Positions 29,202-39,807 are shown, counted from the stretch's first letter. The stretch: 64,000 nt of DNA from Acidobacteriota bacterium (GCA_029263395.1 JAJCXO010000208.1:79892-143891), one strand, 5' to 3'. The notes: generated by a model from the sequence alone, not told the origin. Numbers and translations: made by a program.

Positions 29202-30809
29202 ATGACTGACGTACCTTCGATGTCGAGTTCTAAGACGCATCACCACGAAGCGATTGTTTCTCCCCCAGGTGCTGCGCGGAACAAGTTTCGTTTTGGCCTC
29301 TTCGAGCTCGACGGCGGTACTGGCGAGCTCAAGAAATCTGGTCGCGTCATTCCGCTCCGTCCCCAGCCCGCCAAGGTGCTCGCCTACCTGGTTGCCCAAC
29401 CGGGGGAGCTCGTGTTGCGTCAAAATTTGAGACGCCACATTTGGGGCGATACGTTCATTGACGCGGAAGCTGGTCTCAATGCCTGCATCCGCGACATCCG
29501 GGCAGCGCTCGGCGATCGGGCAAGCGCACCGACCTACATCGAGACAGTTCCGCGGCGAGGTTATCGTTTCATCGCCCCGGTCGAGGCACCACCGGTTCCC
29601 ACGCAGGCAGCGTTGCCGAATGCACCTGACGAGCCTTCGAGTGGGATCGAGGCCAGTCGTGATGTCGGGTGGGCTCGGGGGCGCTACTGGCTGCTGGCGG
29701 CGGCTCTGATCGTGGGAGCTATTGCCCTGGCATGGATCGATGGGGCGAGCTACCGCCAGCTCCACTCGTCAGTGGAGCCGCAAGTCAGCGGCCAGGTGGT
29801 TCCGGTCGATGCGTCGACTGCATCCAACCGTCTTCCTGACGTTGCCCCGGCGGCCCACGAGGCGATCCTCGAAGCTCGCTTTCTACTCGACCGTGGCGAG
29901 CGAGGGGATGTGGACGCAGCGGTTGAACGCGCTCGGCGGGCTACAGAGTTGGCGCCGTCGTCGGGAGAAGCTTTCCTGGTTCTGGGCGATGCTCTGTTCA
30001 AGGTACAAGGACCTCCTCACGACCTGAAACCGGCTGCCAGGAATGCCTATCACCAGGCACTGAACAGCGATCCGGCGTTGGCCGACGCACATCTTGGGCT
30101 AGCGGCAGTCAGTGCGTTGTACGACTGGGATCTAGACGCAGCGTTTCGCGAGTTGGAGTTGGCCCAGCAGTTGGGCGGTGAGACATCGGATCTCCACCAG
30201 AGCTGGGCGATGTTTCACCTGCTGGCGGGCCGCACGGACGAGGCGCTCGGGCATCTCCGCCGGGCGCTACGACTGGATCCAGTGTCGGCGCGCATCCGCG
30301 GAGATATTGGCTGGATTTACGCCTTGACTGGCGACTATCAGCAGGCCGTCGAGCAATGCCAACGTGGTCTTGACCTCGAGCCCAACACCACCTGGTTACA
30401 CGGTTGTCTGGTCGAGGCTTATCGGGAGTTGGGTGATCTCGAGGCCGCCGCCGAAGCGGCGCGAGGCGAGATGAAGGCAGGAGCCGCAGATCGTGACGCT
30501 CTGGTGCAACTCGACACCGATCCAGAAAGCGCGCTCGTCGCGCTCGATCAATGGCGTTTACAACGGTTGTTGCGGGCCCGCGACGATCACTACATCCCGT
30601 CCTGCGCTATCGGAATCCGCTACGCCCAGGCAGGAGATTCCAGCCAGGCCTTGCGATATCTCGAGCTCGCCTATGAGGAGCGCTCGGCGTTCATGCCGTT
30701 CCTCTCGATCGATCGCCACCTGGCACCGTTGCACGAAGATCCCAGGTTTCGTCGGCTGGCGGATCGGGTCGCCGGGGAGATGCGGACACCGAGTGAATCG
30801 AGATCTTGA
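29202..30809 (+). CDS. CadC/OmpR-type winged-helix regulator with a TM helix and TPR domain
   Basis: FRFGLFELD...LRPQPAKVLAYL...YIETVPRRGYRFIAPV wHTH, then one TM helix, TPRs and C-terminal 'PLHEDPRF'. Confidence 0.9.
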   Translation: MTDVPSMSSSKTHHHEAIVSPPGAARNKFRFGLFELDGGTGELKKSGRVIPLRPQPAKVLAYLVAQPGELVLRQNLRRHIWGDTFIDAEAGLNACIRDIRAALGDRASAPTYIETVPRRGYRFIAPVEAPPVPTQAALPNAPDEPSSGIEASRDVGWARGRYWLLAAALIVGAIALAWIDGASYRQLHSSVEPQVSGQVVPVDASTASNRLPDVAPAAHEAILEARFLLDRGERGDVDAAVERARRATELAPSSGEAFLVLGDALFKVQGPPHDLKPAARNAYHQALNSDPALADAHLGLAAVSALYDWDLDAAFRELELAQQLGGETSDLHQSWAMFHLLAGRTDEALGHLRRALRLDPVSARIRGDIGWIYALTGDYQQAVEQCQRGLDLEPNTTWLHGCLVEAYRELGDLEAAAEAARGEMKAGAADRDALVQLDTDPESALVALDQWRLQRLLRARDDHYIPSCAIGIRYAQAGDSSQALRYLELAYEERSAFMPFLSIDRHLAPLHEDPRFRRLADRVAGEMRTPSESRS

Positions 30810-30852
30810 GGTGTAACCAATAGGGTTGGCGGACACCAAGGCGGCGAAGCGA

Positions 30853-31160
30853 CGGCCGCCGTTGTCGGGTCTTGGAGCTTTGTCGAAGGTGAGTCGGCGG
30901 TCGTATGGAACCCAGGAGACCGGTAAGGGGTCTTCACGGCGGTCGTACGATAGTCGGGGAGATGCATCGCGAGCCGCCGGGCGGCCGTCGTCGGGATCGG
31001 GAAACTGCCGCAAACATGCGCGACAGTCGAGCAAGTTAGAAAACTTTGTTTCCTCGTCCGCGGATCGGCCGTAGTCGCGAATTATGGATTCCGTGGAAGT
31101 CTCTACGTCCGCCGTAGTCGCCGTTACGGACTTTGTCGACGGGCCTACGGCGGCCTCGAG
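30853..31160. repeat. Intergenic degenerate tandem array, 42-bp period, about 8 units
   Basis: A CGGCSGYCGT-like motif starts at 30853, 30895, 30937, 30979, 31021, 31063, 31106 and 31148. Confidence 0.7.
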
Positions 31161-31189
31161 ATGCTGGAGCAGGCGTCCCTCGACCGCGG

Positions 31190-31330
31190 ATGTACTCCCA
31201 CGTCGATACCTTCAGCTTTCAGGCCAGGGCCATCTACGAACGGCATGGGTATAGCGTTCTTGCCAAGTTAGAGGACTATCCACTAGGCCATCAACGGATC
31301 TATCTCGAGAAGCTGCTGTTCCGCTCGTAA
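31190..31330 (+). pseudogene. C-terminal remnant of a GNAT acetyltransferase
   Basis: VDTFSFQARAIYERHGYSVLAKLEDYPLGHQRIYLEK matches the usual C-terminal end of small GNATs; there is no N-terminal half. Confidence 0.7.
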
Positions 31331-31482
31331 AGTCCGGCGTTCCGAGTGCAGCGGTATTCACGCCGAGGCATCTCCGCGATGCCCACATCCTCATGGATGT
31401 GGCTGAGGAGCTTGTTGTTATGCTCTTACTTGCAGAGAACCTACATTGCTTCACTTGGTCTACTGAAGTACGAAGGAGAGAT

Positions 31483-31893
31483 ATGGGCGACTCACCCTGG
31501 ATTGCGCGAGGCTTTCAACTAGCCGCCGCGAGCAACATTGTCGGCATCCTGCTGTTCTCCCTGGCTTTCACCAATCCATGGATTGGTGAAAATTCGCCGC
31601 AAGTGTTCTCGACCTTCGGCCAAGGTGCCGTCATTCTCTGGGGGTTGGCCTACTTGGCTTGCGCCAGTTGTTATCGATCTGCCAAGTGGATCGTGGCTGT
31701 TTTTGCACTGGAGAAGCTGGTCTACTTTGGTACGTGGGTGGTATGGATGATGGAACGAGGGCCGGAGCTGACGAGCCTGTTCGAAACCTCGGCGGTGACC
31801 GGTGTTTTTTTTGTCATCTATGGGCCGAATGATCTGCTGTTCGGCGTTTTCTTTGGTTGGGTTTTTTTCCGTGACAGGAGGAGCCAGTCATGA
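31483..31893 (+). CDS. Small four-TM membrane protein
   Basis: AAGGAG RBS before ATG 31483; four hydrophobic segments. Confidence 0.75.
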   Translation: MGDSPWIARGFQLAAASNIVGILLFSLAFTNPWIGENSPQVFSTFGQGAVILWGLAYLACASCYRSAKWIVAVFALEKLVYFGTWVVWMMERGPELTSLFETSAVTGVFFVIYGPNDLLFGVFFGWVFFRDRRSQS

Positions 31894-33359
31894 GGCGATC
31901 GTTGCTGCCGCTTATGTCGTTATTAGGCCTGCTGACCATGACGATCAGCTCGCAGGCTTGGGCGCAACCGCCAGGAGTGGTTGCGAGTCGGCTGATGGAT
32001 CGGGCTGAGGCGATCCCTGAGCCCCGCCCGGTGGGGGCCAAAGCTGTGGTCGGCACCGACCTAGGCTTGCGACTGTTTTTCATGACCGGTGCCGACAATG
32101 CCTCTTGTGTGCGCTCGGTAGCCGATGTCACCGGTGACGGCCGTGATGAGATCGTCGTCGGTATCGACGAGTCCCAAGTCGACAACATTTTCCTGCTTGA
32201 TGGTGCGAGCTCCGGCCCGGCGACGGTGGTTTGGGCAATCGAGACCATGGATGGGGTATCGGGCGGCTCGCCTTGGGGTGATCAGTCGCTGGTACCTTCG
32301 GCTGATACTGACGGCAACGGTCGCCAGAACATTCTGCTCGGCACAGCTTGGGGTGGGCGCACTGCTTATGACTTGGACAGCTTAGATGGCTCGATTCAGT
32401 GGAGCTTCGATACCTACGATGCGTTTGAGTCGGGTTGGGTCTACTCGTTGGCTCAACTCAACGACATCACCGGCGATGGCGTGCCGGAAGCCGCCTTTGG
32501 CGTCGGCTCGGACAACAACACGCTCTACATGATCGATGGCGCCAGCGGGGTACCTGCAACGGTCCTGTGGCAATACCAGGCTGCTGACGCCGTCCTGTCA
32601 GTTTGTAATCTCGGTGACGTCAACGGTGATGGTGATCACGACGTGCTGGCGGCGATTGGAGACAATGGTTCGCAACTTGTCGCCCTCGACGGTGGTACTA
32701 CTTCGGCTAGTGGTCAGGTGTTGTGGACATACCCTGCGGCGGCGATTGTCAATGCCTGCGGCGTCTTGCCGGATATCACCGGCGATGGTGTGCAGGAGGC
32801 GTTGGCGGTGCTGTGGAGCACTGACGGTTCTGCTATTCGTTGCCTCGATGGAGCTACAGGTGAGGTCGTCTGGTCGAGTACGGCGGTCGGAGAGGCTGGC
32901 ATGATGGTTGACCTCCTGGAGGACGTCACTGAGGACGGCATCCCGGAGATTATCGTCGGCTCGTTCGAGAACGCTGTCATTGTGCTCGACGGTGCGGACG
33001 GCACCCTACACTGGAGAACCACCGTGGGTACCCTCAATGGTGGTGATGTCTGGACAGTACGAGCCATCGACGACCTCAACGGCGATGGTAACCAAGACGT
33101 TGTCGCTGGCTCCTTCGACTACCACGTCTACGCTATGGATGGCGACGATGGGCAAGTGCTCTGGGCGTATGAAACCGGCAACCGTGTGTTTAGCGTTTAC
33201 CCGGCCGGAGACCTCAATGGCGATAGTCTGCCTGAAGTTGTCGTCGGCACCCAAGACACCAATACCAACGTCGTGGTCCACGTCCTCAGTGGTGGCGGTA
33301 TCATGGCAATCTTTTCCGACGGATTCGAGAGCGGCGATCTCTCGATGTGGTCGAATTAG
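31890..33359 (+). CDS. Secreted FG-GAP / PQQ-like beta-propeller protein with C-terminal IFSDGFESGD tail
   Basis: Signal peptide; repeated D(V/I/L)(T/N)GDG Ca-binding blades; ends ...GGGIMAIFSDGFESGDLSMWSN; ATGA overlap with the upstream gene. Confidence 0.85.
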   Translation: MRRSLLPLMSLLGLLTMTISSQAWAQPPGVVASRLMDRAEAIPEPRPVGAKAVVGTDLGLRLFFMTGADNASCVRSVADVTGDGRDEIVVGIDESQVDNIFLLDGASSGPATVVWAIETMDGVSGGSPWGDQSLVPSADTDGNGRQNILLGTAWGGRTAYDLDSLDGSIQWSFDTYDAFESGWVYSLAQLNDITGDGVPEAAFGVGSDNNTLYMIDGASGVPATVLWQYQAADAVLSVCNLGDVNGDGDHDVLAAIGDNGSQLVALDGGTTSASGQVLWTYPAAAIVNACGVLPDITGDGVQEALAVLWSTDGSAIRCLDGATGEVVWSSTAVGEAGMMVDLLEDVTEDGIPEIIVGSFENAVIVLDGADGTLHWRTTVGTLNGGDVWTVRAIDDLNGDGNQDVVAGSFDYHVYAMDGDDGQVLWAYETGNRVFSVYPAGDLNGDSLPEVVVGTQDTNTNVVVHVLSGGGIMAIFSDGFESGDLSMWSN

Positions 33360-33389
33360 TGGTGTGGTGTTCGAGGATTCGAAGCGGCC

Positions 33390-35861
33390 CTACTCGTGAC
33401 GCAGTGCCACCAGAGGATCAACCGACGCCGCCCGCCGTGCTGGCAGGTAGCTCGCGATCAGAGTAACGGCGAAGAGCAAGAGGGACACGGTCACAAAGGT
33501 CAGTGGATCGGTGGCGCCGACGCCAAATAGCGAAGCTTCTAGCAGGCGCGTCGCTGCCAGAGAGCCGACGAAGCCGACCGCGATCCCGGCGACCGCAACA
33601 CCGAGCCCTTGACGTACCACCATGCGGCTGACCGCGCCGCGACCGGCACCGAGCGCCATCCGCACGCCAATCTCCTGGGTGCGTTGATTGACGACGTACG
33701 AGATCACGCTGTAGAGGCCAATCGTACCGAGCAGCAGTGCCACCATGGCGGCGATGACCAGCAAGATCATGGTGAAGCCAGCGCGGGCGCTGTCGTCAGC
33801 GACAATTTCGTCCATGGTGCGGACATTGGCGACGGGGAGATTCGGGTCGGCCTGCCAGATGGCTGACCGCACCGCTCCGGCGAGGGTTTCCGGGGGCACC
33901 TTGGTGCGCACGGTGAAACTCATGGTCTGGGCCGCGGTAGCTCCAGCGTCGGCGTCTGCGGTCGGCGACGGTGGACTGACCATCGGAAAGTAGATCGCTT
34001 CGGTTGGGTCTTCAGCTAGCCCCTCATCGTGAATGCTGCCGACGACCCCGACGATGGTGTACCAGTCTTCCTGTTCGGCAAGGCCATTTGCCAGTCGCCG
34101 GCCCATCGGGCTGGTGTCGCCCCACAACTGGGTGGCAAGAGCTTGGCTGATCAGGACGACCCGCTTGGCTTCTTGGTGATCAGCGGGTTCGAAGACTCGG
34201 CCGGCGACGAGGGGAATGTTCAGAGTTTCGAAGTAGCCCGGGGCAGTTCGACGGGTGGCGATGATCCGCGGTACCTCGTCGGGCTCGAGCGGGAAATCTT
34301 CGAAGGCGTAACCGCTATTGGAGCCGCCAGCAGCCATCGGCAGCCGAGTCACGGCACCTGCGGTTTCAACGCCAGGAAGTGCCTGGATCCGTTCGATGGC
34401 CTGGTGCACAAAACGGGCTCGCTCTTCGGCCTCGGGGTATTGTGTTGCAGGCAACGACAAACGCAAGGTTAGTACGTTGGCGGGATCGAATCCCGGGTCG
34501 ACATTCCTCAGAGCGAGGAAACTGCGGACCATCAGACCCGAGCCGGTCAACAGGATCAGAGCCAAGGCGATTTGGCCTGCCACCAACGTGTTGCTGGCGC
34601 GTTGCTGGGCCCGTCCAGCGGTGGTTCTGAGGCTGCCGTCCTTGAGCGCTGTTCCCAAGTTGGGGGCGCGACGCAGCGCCGGCATGGCGCCGAACAACAG
34701 GCCGGCGAACAGGGAAATAGCCGCGGTGAAAGCCAACACTCCGCCATCGATACCGATGTTTTCGAGTCGTGGTACCGTCCCAGGGCCGAGGCTGGTGAGG
34801 ACGCGTACGCCGGCAGCGGCCAGCGCCAAGCCGATGAAGCCTCCAGCGAGCCCGAGCAAGGCACTCTCGACGAGGAAAGCGCCAGCGATATCGCTTCGTT
34901 GAGCGCCCAGGGCGGACCGAATGGCAACTTCCCGCTGCCGCTTCTCGGCCCGCACCAAGAACAGATTGGCGACATTGGCACAGGCGATCAGCAGGATGAA
35001 GCCGACGCTGCCCAATAACACCCACAACACGCGACCAACATCACCGACCACGTCATCGCGCAGTGGATGTACCAGGGCAGCAAGCCCGACGCCTTCGATC
35101 ATGCCCGCTGTGATCTCTTCGCTCGGGAACAGCTCCGGTAGCCGATGTACCAAGGTGGAGAGTTCTGCGGCCGCATCTTGAGGCGTCTTCCCCGGCTTCA
35201 GGCGGGCGATGCCGACATAACTGAAATTGCCGACGTTGGTCGCTTCGGGATCGATCGCCATGGGTTCCCACAACAGCGTGTCGACGGCGGGAAAGCGAAA
35301 GCCAGCTGGCATGACACCGACGACCGTTCGCGCCACGCCGTCGATCTCGATCGTCTGGCCGAGGATCGTGTCTTCACCGCCGAAGCGACTGGCGTGGAAC
35401 TCGTGGCTGATCACCACCACAGGTTCAGCCCCGGGCTTTTCGTCTGCCTCGGTGAAGTCCCTACCCATCGCCGGTGCGACGCCGAGTGTCGGAAACAGAG
35501 AGGCTGTCACCGCTGCCGCTGGCAGCTGTTCGGGGCGCTCGATGCCGGTGAAGTTGAGGGTCCCTTGATCGTAAAGCGCAAGATCCTCGAACACCCGATT
35601 GTGTTGCCGGTAAAGCAGATAGGTGGCGTCAGACTGTTCGAATTGGGGCAGTTCGATTCCCGGTGCGGTATGCCACACACCCACCAACCGCTCCGGCTCG
35701 GGATACGGCAGCGGTTCGAGCAACACCCCGTTGACCACACTGAAAATAGCGGTGTTGGCACCGATACCAATGCCCAGCGTCAACGTCGATAGCAAGGTGA
35801 AACTGGGGCTGCGCCGCAGCTTACGAATAACCGCACGGAGTGGGCGAATGATGGAAAACAT
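33390..35861 (-). CDS. Duplicated MacB/FtsX-type ABC permease (acidobacterial orphan permease type)
   Basis: LGIGIGANTAIFSVVNGVLLEPLPY, LLIACANVANL, REVAIRSALGA, EIGVRMALGA and PARRAASVDP motifs; no ATPase gene nearby. Confidence 0.93.
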   Translation of the reverse strand: MFSIIRPLRAVIRKLRRSPSFTLLSTLTLGIGIGANTAIFSVVNGVLLEPLPYPEPERLVGVWHTAPGIELPQFEQSDATYLLYRQHNRVFEDLALYDQGTLNFTGIERPEQLPAAAVTASLFPTLGVAPAMGRDFTEADEKPGAEPVVVISHEFHASRFGGEDTILGQTIEIDGVARTVVGVMPAGFRFPAVDTLLWEPMAIDPEATNVGNFSYVGIARLKPGKTPQDAAAELSTLVHRLPELFPSEEITAGMIEGVGLAALVHPLRDDVVGDVGRVLWVLLGSVGFILLIACANVANLFLVRAEKRQREVAIRSALGAQRSDIAGAFLVESALLGLAGGFIGLALAAAGVRVLTSLGPGTVPRLENIGIDGGVLAFTAAISLFAGLLFGAMPALRRAPNLGTALKDGSLRTTAGRAQQRASNTLVAGQIALALILLTGSGLMVRSFLALRNVDPGFDPANVLTLRLSLPATQYPEAEERARFVHQAIERIQALPGVETAGAVTRLPMAAGGSNSGYAFEDFPLEPDEVPRIIATRRTAPGYFETLNIPLVAGRVFEPADHQEAKRVVLISQALATQLWGDTSPMGRRLANGLAEQEDWYTIVGVVGSIHDEGLAEDPTEAIYFPMVSPPSPTADADAGATAAQTMSFTVRTKVPPETLAGAVRSAIWQADPNLPVANVRTMDEIVADDSARAGFTMILLVIAAMVALLLGTIGLYSVISYVVNQRTQEIGVRMALGAGRGAVSRMVVRQGLGVAVAGIAVGFVGSLAATRLLEASLFGVGATDPLTFVTVSLLLFAVTLIASYLPARRAASVDPLVALRHE

Positions 35862-35953
35862 GGGGCCTCCAGGTTGGGCAGACGTCGCTCAGTATCTTCT
35901 TCTCAAGGAACGCTGGAGGGTTGGAATTGTTACAGTTGGCACAGCAAGCCACC

Positions 35954-36035
35954 GCTCGGTCGCCTCGCCGAGCCAAGCACTACCGCTCGGTCGCCTCGCC
36001 GAGCCAAGCACTACTGCTCGGTCGCCTCGCCGAGC
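35954..36035. repeat. REP-like hairpin tandem repeat, 31-bp period x3
   Basis: gctcggtcgcctcgccgagc at 35954, 35985 and 36016; each copy has GCTCGG/CCGAGC arms. Confidence 0.9.
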
Positions 36036-36079
36036 CAAACATCAACCGAGAGAGCTATTTGGACGCTCTCTCGAGGGCG

Positions 36080-37816
36080 TCACCGGAAACTCTCGACCAG
36101 GCCGGCCAGCTCGGAGCGCGTCACCTCGATGAGCTCTGCGTCCTGAAGCTCGATTGCCGAGCGGAAGGCGGCGATGGCTCTGGCGAGCACCTGTCTCGGA
36201 GGGCCAAGGATCTCGACATGGAGCGCTTCGGCACGAGCGAGAGCGGTGGTGTTGGGTAGGGCGTCCCGTGGGTGAAATTTGAGGCCAGCCATAGCGGACC
36301 GAGCCTGTTCGAGCTCGGCGGCGCTCAAGCGGCCAGCAGATTGCTCGAGCACAAGATCTTGCTTCAGGCAAGTCGACAAGACGATCACTTCGACTTCGAG
36401 CACGCCGTTGAGGTCGTAGGTGAAGCGCACTTCGATGGTTTCTTCTCCCGCCGGCCGCGGTGGGATGTCGCTGATCGTCAGGCTGCCGATCAGCAAGTTA
36501 CGATCGCAGGTGGCGTGTTCGCCCTGGTAGATCTTGAGCTCAATCACGGTTTGGCGATTCTCGACCGTGCTGTAGGTGTGTACGCGGCTTGCCGGGATGA
36601 CCGTGCCGCGTTCGAGGATTGGTGAAAACAGGCCGGCGATCGCCTGGGCGCCGATCATCGAGACGGTTTCGACGCCGAGGGTAAAGGGGGCAACGTCGGT
36701 GACAATCAGGTCGTCGAGCGCTGCATCCCCAGCCTTGAGAGCTGCTTGTAGGGCGGCCCCCAGAGCCACGACTTCGTCCACCGAGTGGTCGCTCGCTGGA
36801 GTACGACCGAAGATCTCTTCTGCCAGCGCGGTGAAACACGGCATGCGCGAGGCGCCACCAACCGCCAACACTTCGTCGACGTCCGACGGATTGAGCTCGG
36901 CATCGCGCAGGGCGCGCCGAATCGGTCCGCGAATCCGTTCCAGAATCGGCTGCCAGAGTGCCTCGGCTTCTTGCCGGCTAATCTCGAGGTCAACGTCACG
37001 GCGCCGCCCCTCCGAGAGCTTGAGGCCGTTCACCGTGATCCGGCCTTGGCCATCACGACTGAGGGTTTTCTTAGCCGTCTCACAGGCCGCTAGGACCCGC
37101 GCCCAGGCATCACTGGCGGGTTCGAGCGTGCAATGATGTTGTTCCTGCAGATGACGTGCGAACCGTTCCGCCAGAGCCTGAGTGAAGTCCTCGCCGCCCA
37201 GGCGGCTGTCGCCAGCACTCGACTGGATCTCGATCACCTCTTCGATAATTTCGAGCACCGTCACGTCGAAGGTGCCGCCACCCAGGTCGAGCACAACCAC
37301 TTGTTGCTCGCGTTCCAGCTGATGTAAACCGAAAGCGATGGCGGCGGCGGTGGGCTCGTTGATCAAACGCTCAACATGCAACCCCGCCAGTTCTGCTGCC
37401 TGGTGGGTTGCCCGGCGCTGTAGATCATTGAAGTAGGCCGGTACGCTGATCACCGCCTCGTCTGGCGCTCGTCCGAGAGCTGCTTCAGCATCGTCTTTGA
37501 GGCCGCGCAGCACACAGGCCGAAAGTTCGATCGGCGTCAGTGTCCGGTCTCCGATCGAATAGGTTTTGCTGCTGCCCATGTCCCGCTTGAACGCGGTCAC
37601 TGTCTCGCTGGCGGCGACGGTGGTGCGAGCGAGCGCTGCAGCACCGGTGACCACCGCATCGCCGTCGATCGCAACCACACTCGGCGTCAAGACCTCACCG
37701 ACGGCGTTGCGCAAGACCCGCGGTCGTCCATTCTCGACCACTGCCACCAGCGAATGGGTGGTGCCGAGATCCATTCCGACCACCAAGTGACCGTGAGCTT
37801 GGTCCTGATCACGCAT
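36080..37816 (-). CDS. hscC: Hsp70-family chaperone, HscC type
   Basis: [32 protein letters not shown] and VGGASRMP motifs; HscC-like C-terminus '[14 protein letters not shown]...LKFHPRD'; follows a J-domain gene. Confidence 0.88.
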   Translation of the reverse strand: MRDQDQAHGHLVVGMDLGTTHSLVAVVENGRPRVLRNAVGEVLTPSVVAIDGDAVVTGAAALARTTVAASETVTAFKRDMGSSKTYSIGDRTLTPIELSACVLRGLKDDAEAALGRAPDEAVISVPAYFNDLQRRATHQAAELAGLHVERLINEPTAAAIAFGLHQLEREQQVVVLDLGGGTFDVTVLEIIEEVIEIQSSAGDSRLGGEDFTQALAERFARHLQEQHHCTLEPASDAWARVLAACETAKKTLSRDGQGRITVNGLKLSEGRRRDVDLEISRQEAEALWQPILERIRGPIRRALRDAELNPSDVDEVLAVGGASRMPCFTALAEEIFGRTPASDHSVDEVVALGAALQAALKAGDAALDDLIVTDVAPFTLGVETVSMIGAQAIAGLFSPILERGTVIPASRVHTYSTVENRQTVIELKIYQGEHATCDRNLLIGSLTISDIPPRPAGEETIEVRFTYDLNGVLEVEVIVLSTCLKQDLVLEQSAGRLSAAELEQARSAMAGLKFHPRDALPNTTALARAEALHVEILGPPRQVLARAIAAFRSAIELQDAELIEVTRSELAGLVESFR

Positions 37817-37836
37817 AGAAGATGCCGTTGGGCAGG

Positions 37837-39807
37837 TTAGCGACTGGTTCCGCAGGTTGACTCCAGCACATCGTAAATTTCCTCGACCACTCGCCGGACC
37901 GGATGTTGTGGGTTATCGCTGTCGAGTAAACGGTTGAGCGCGACGAAGGCGCCTCGGCCGCTGATGCAATTGTTTTCTTCGACATGGTTGATCGTCTGAT
38001 ACGCGCGAAAGCAGACCTTGAGCTCAGGCCAAGTCTCAGGATCCTGGCAAAAGTCGATAGTCTGCGGAACCTGTTGTGGGACAGTCTGGCGCCGAGGCTG
38101 GATCAGCAAGCGACAGCGATTCTTCCATAGATCGTGGATCTCTTCAGTACCCTGTCGCAGGAGATCGGCGCGGTCAGAAAGAGTTGAGTTCGAGGGTATT
38201 GTGAGATCTGGCACCAGCGAGAGCTCTCCTGGTGATTGAATTCCACCGATCTGGCCGAGCTGAACCAGCACTTGGTCAACTTTGGTGTGCAAGTCATCGA
38301 CGAGTCTGAAAGCAGATGAACAGCTGCCGGTGTCGAGCTGGGAGATGATCACCCGGGCCAATCGGCAGGGAGGATGGTCGCGCGGATCGACATCGTTGCA
38401 ATATTCGCCGAGGACTGAAACCTCAGTGGGAAACTCGACGACAGGGGTCTCATAGTGGTGGAACTTTGCTGTGTTGGTGGATTGGCACCCTCGTGTTCCG
38501 ATGATCGCAAAGACGGCCAGCAATAAATACCAGAGCAGCTGAAAACCACCTGACGAGGTCTGATGTGTCTTCTCACCGGAGGTGTGCCTGGTCGACAGTG
38601 GACCACTCAGAATACTCTGGTAGAGATGGTGGAGCATCGGCGCCATAGCCAACATATTGGCGGCATCAAGGGCCAGCTGGGGATGTGCGATGGTGTATTC
38701 GTGCAGGCTGTCCGAAATCTCGGGGAGCTCACCCTGTAACAAGCCCGTGGCGATGGCAGCACGGACCTGCTGCGGAAAGTGACGGGGCAGCTGGCGCAGC
38801 TCGCTAAACATCTGCCAAGCGATTGCGGCTTCAGCATCCAGCACTTTGTAGCTGCCGTGGAGGTTCAGCCAGGCCTCGAGCCGATTCGCGAGCGCGTCGG
38901 CCGGATCCAACGCCCGGCTGATGGTGAGCTCGAGAAGGATGCCAACAACCGCTTTTGCCGGCAGCCAGCCATCCACTGTCTCCGCCATCTCGAAGACCCG
39001 CTGTGTGGTCTGGCAGGCTTGCTCTATCTGACCTCGTCGGATTTGTTCCGAAGCCGCCAACAACATGGTCTCCGGATCTTGGGACTCTGCGGCAGCCGCA
39101 ACTTCGTCGTTAGTGAGGTTGGGAGCATACTGACGCAGCAGAAAGTCTAGACACACTTCCGAGCCGCGGTCCACTGCGGTCCGCAAGGCGGCCTGCGCCT
39201 CTTCATGGAGGTCTGCGCGCGCCGCGAACATCGCCAGCAATCGGTACGCTTCGAGATGCTCCGGCAGCTCTTGGACCGCTTGCCGGGCGATTTCGACGTA
39301 CTCGTCGTCGTCCTCGGACTCCCGGAGTCGTTTCAAGAACGGCTCGAGAGGGTCGACGGGCTCCATGACCTCGTCGGTGAATACATTGTCTTGTGGTGGA
39401 GCAGTGTCTTGTGGTGGAGCAGTGTCTTGTGGTGGGGCAGTGTCTTGTGGTGGAGCAGTGTCGTCAGGTGACGCACTCTCCAGGTCGATCCCGGTCGATG
39501 GATCGTCAAGTGACGCCCCGGACTCTTGTTCTTCCCCGGTATCGCCAACGTTGGCCTCGGACAGCTCGACTCCGACCGCATGGCCATTGATCACCAGGGT
39601 CGGTTTGCCTTCGATCGATACCACCCGGGCCGATTGTGTTTCAGCGATCGTTCGGGCAGTTTCGTAGGCCTCCCGTAGACGTTGGAAGCCTGCCGGGTCG
39701 CGGTCCGGCTTGTGGTGCTTGAGTAGGCGCAGATACGCCCGGCGCGCTTCTTTTGCGCTGCAGTCCGGCTTGACGCCGAGGAGCTCGAAGGTCTCTAGAA
39801 AATCCAC
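37837..39807 (-). CDS. J-domain co-chaperone (DjlB/DjlC-like) with TPR region, a TM helix and a Cys-rich C-terminal domain
   Basis: N-terminal J-domain [29 protein letters not shown]; TM helix around residues 420-440. Confidence 0.82.
   Translation of the reverse strand: MDFLETFELLGVKPDCSAKEARRAYLRLLKHHKPDRDPAGFQRLREAYETARTIAETQSARVVSIEGKPTLVINGHAVGVELSEANVGDTGEEQESGASLDDPSTGIDLESASPDDTAPPQDTAPPQDTAPPQDTAPPQDNVFTDEVMEPVDPLEPFLKRLRESEDDDEYVEIARQAVQELPEHLEAYRLLAMFAARADLHEEAQAALRTAVDRGSEVCLDFLLRQYAPNLTNDEVAAAAESQDPETMLLAASEQIRRGQIEQACQTTQRVFEMAETVDGWLPAKAVVGILLELTISRALDPADALANRLEAWLNLHGSYKVLDAEAAIAWQMFSELRQLPRHFPQQVRAAIATGLLQGELPEISDSLHEYTIAHPQLALDAANMLAMAPMLHHLYQSILSGPLSTRHTSGEKTHQTSSGGFQLLWYLLLAVFAIIGTRGCQSTNTAKFHHYETPVVEFPTEVSVLGEYCNDVDPRDHPPCRLARVIISQLDTGSCSSAFRLVDDLHTKVDQVLVQLGQIGGIQSPGELSLVPDLTIPSNSTLSDRADLLRQGTEEIHDLWKNRCRLLIQPRRQTVPQQVPQTIDFCQDPETWPELKVCFRAYQTINHVEENNCISGRGAFVALNRLLDSDNPQHPVRRVVEEIYDVLESTCGTSR
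39387..39462 (-). repeat. In-frame 18-bp tandem repeat x4 (DTAPPQ)
   Basis: tgtcttgtggtgg(a/g)gcag x4, in the linker after the J-domain. Confidence 0.92.

Noticed and set aside
35940-36045. CRISPR array
   Set aside because: The linkers are only 11 bp and almost identical, and there are no cas genes; it is a tandem hairpin repeat.
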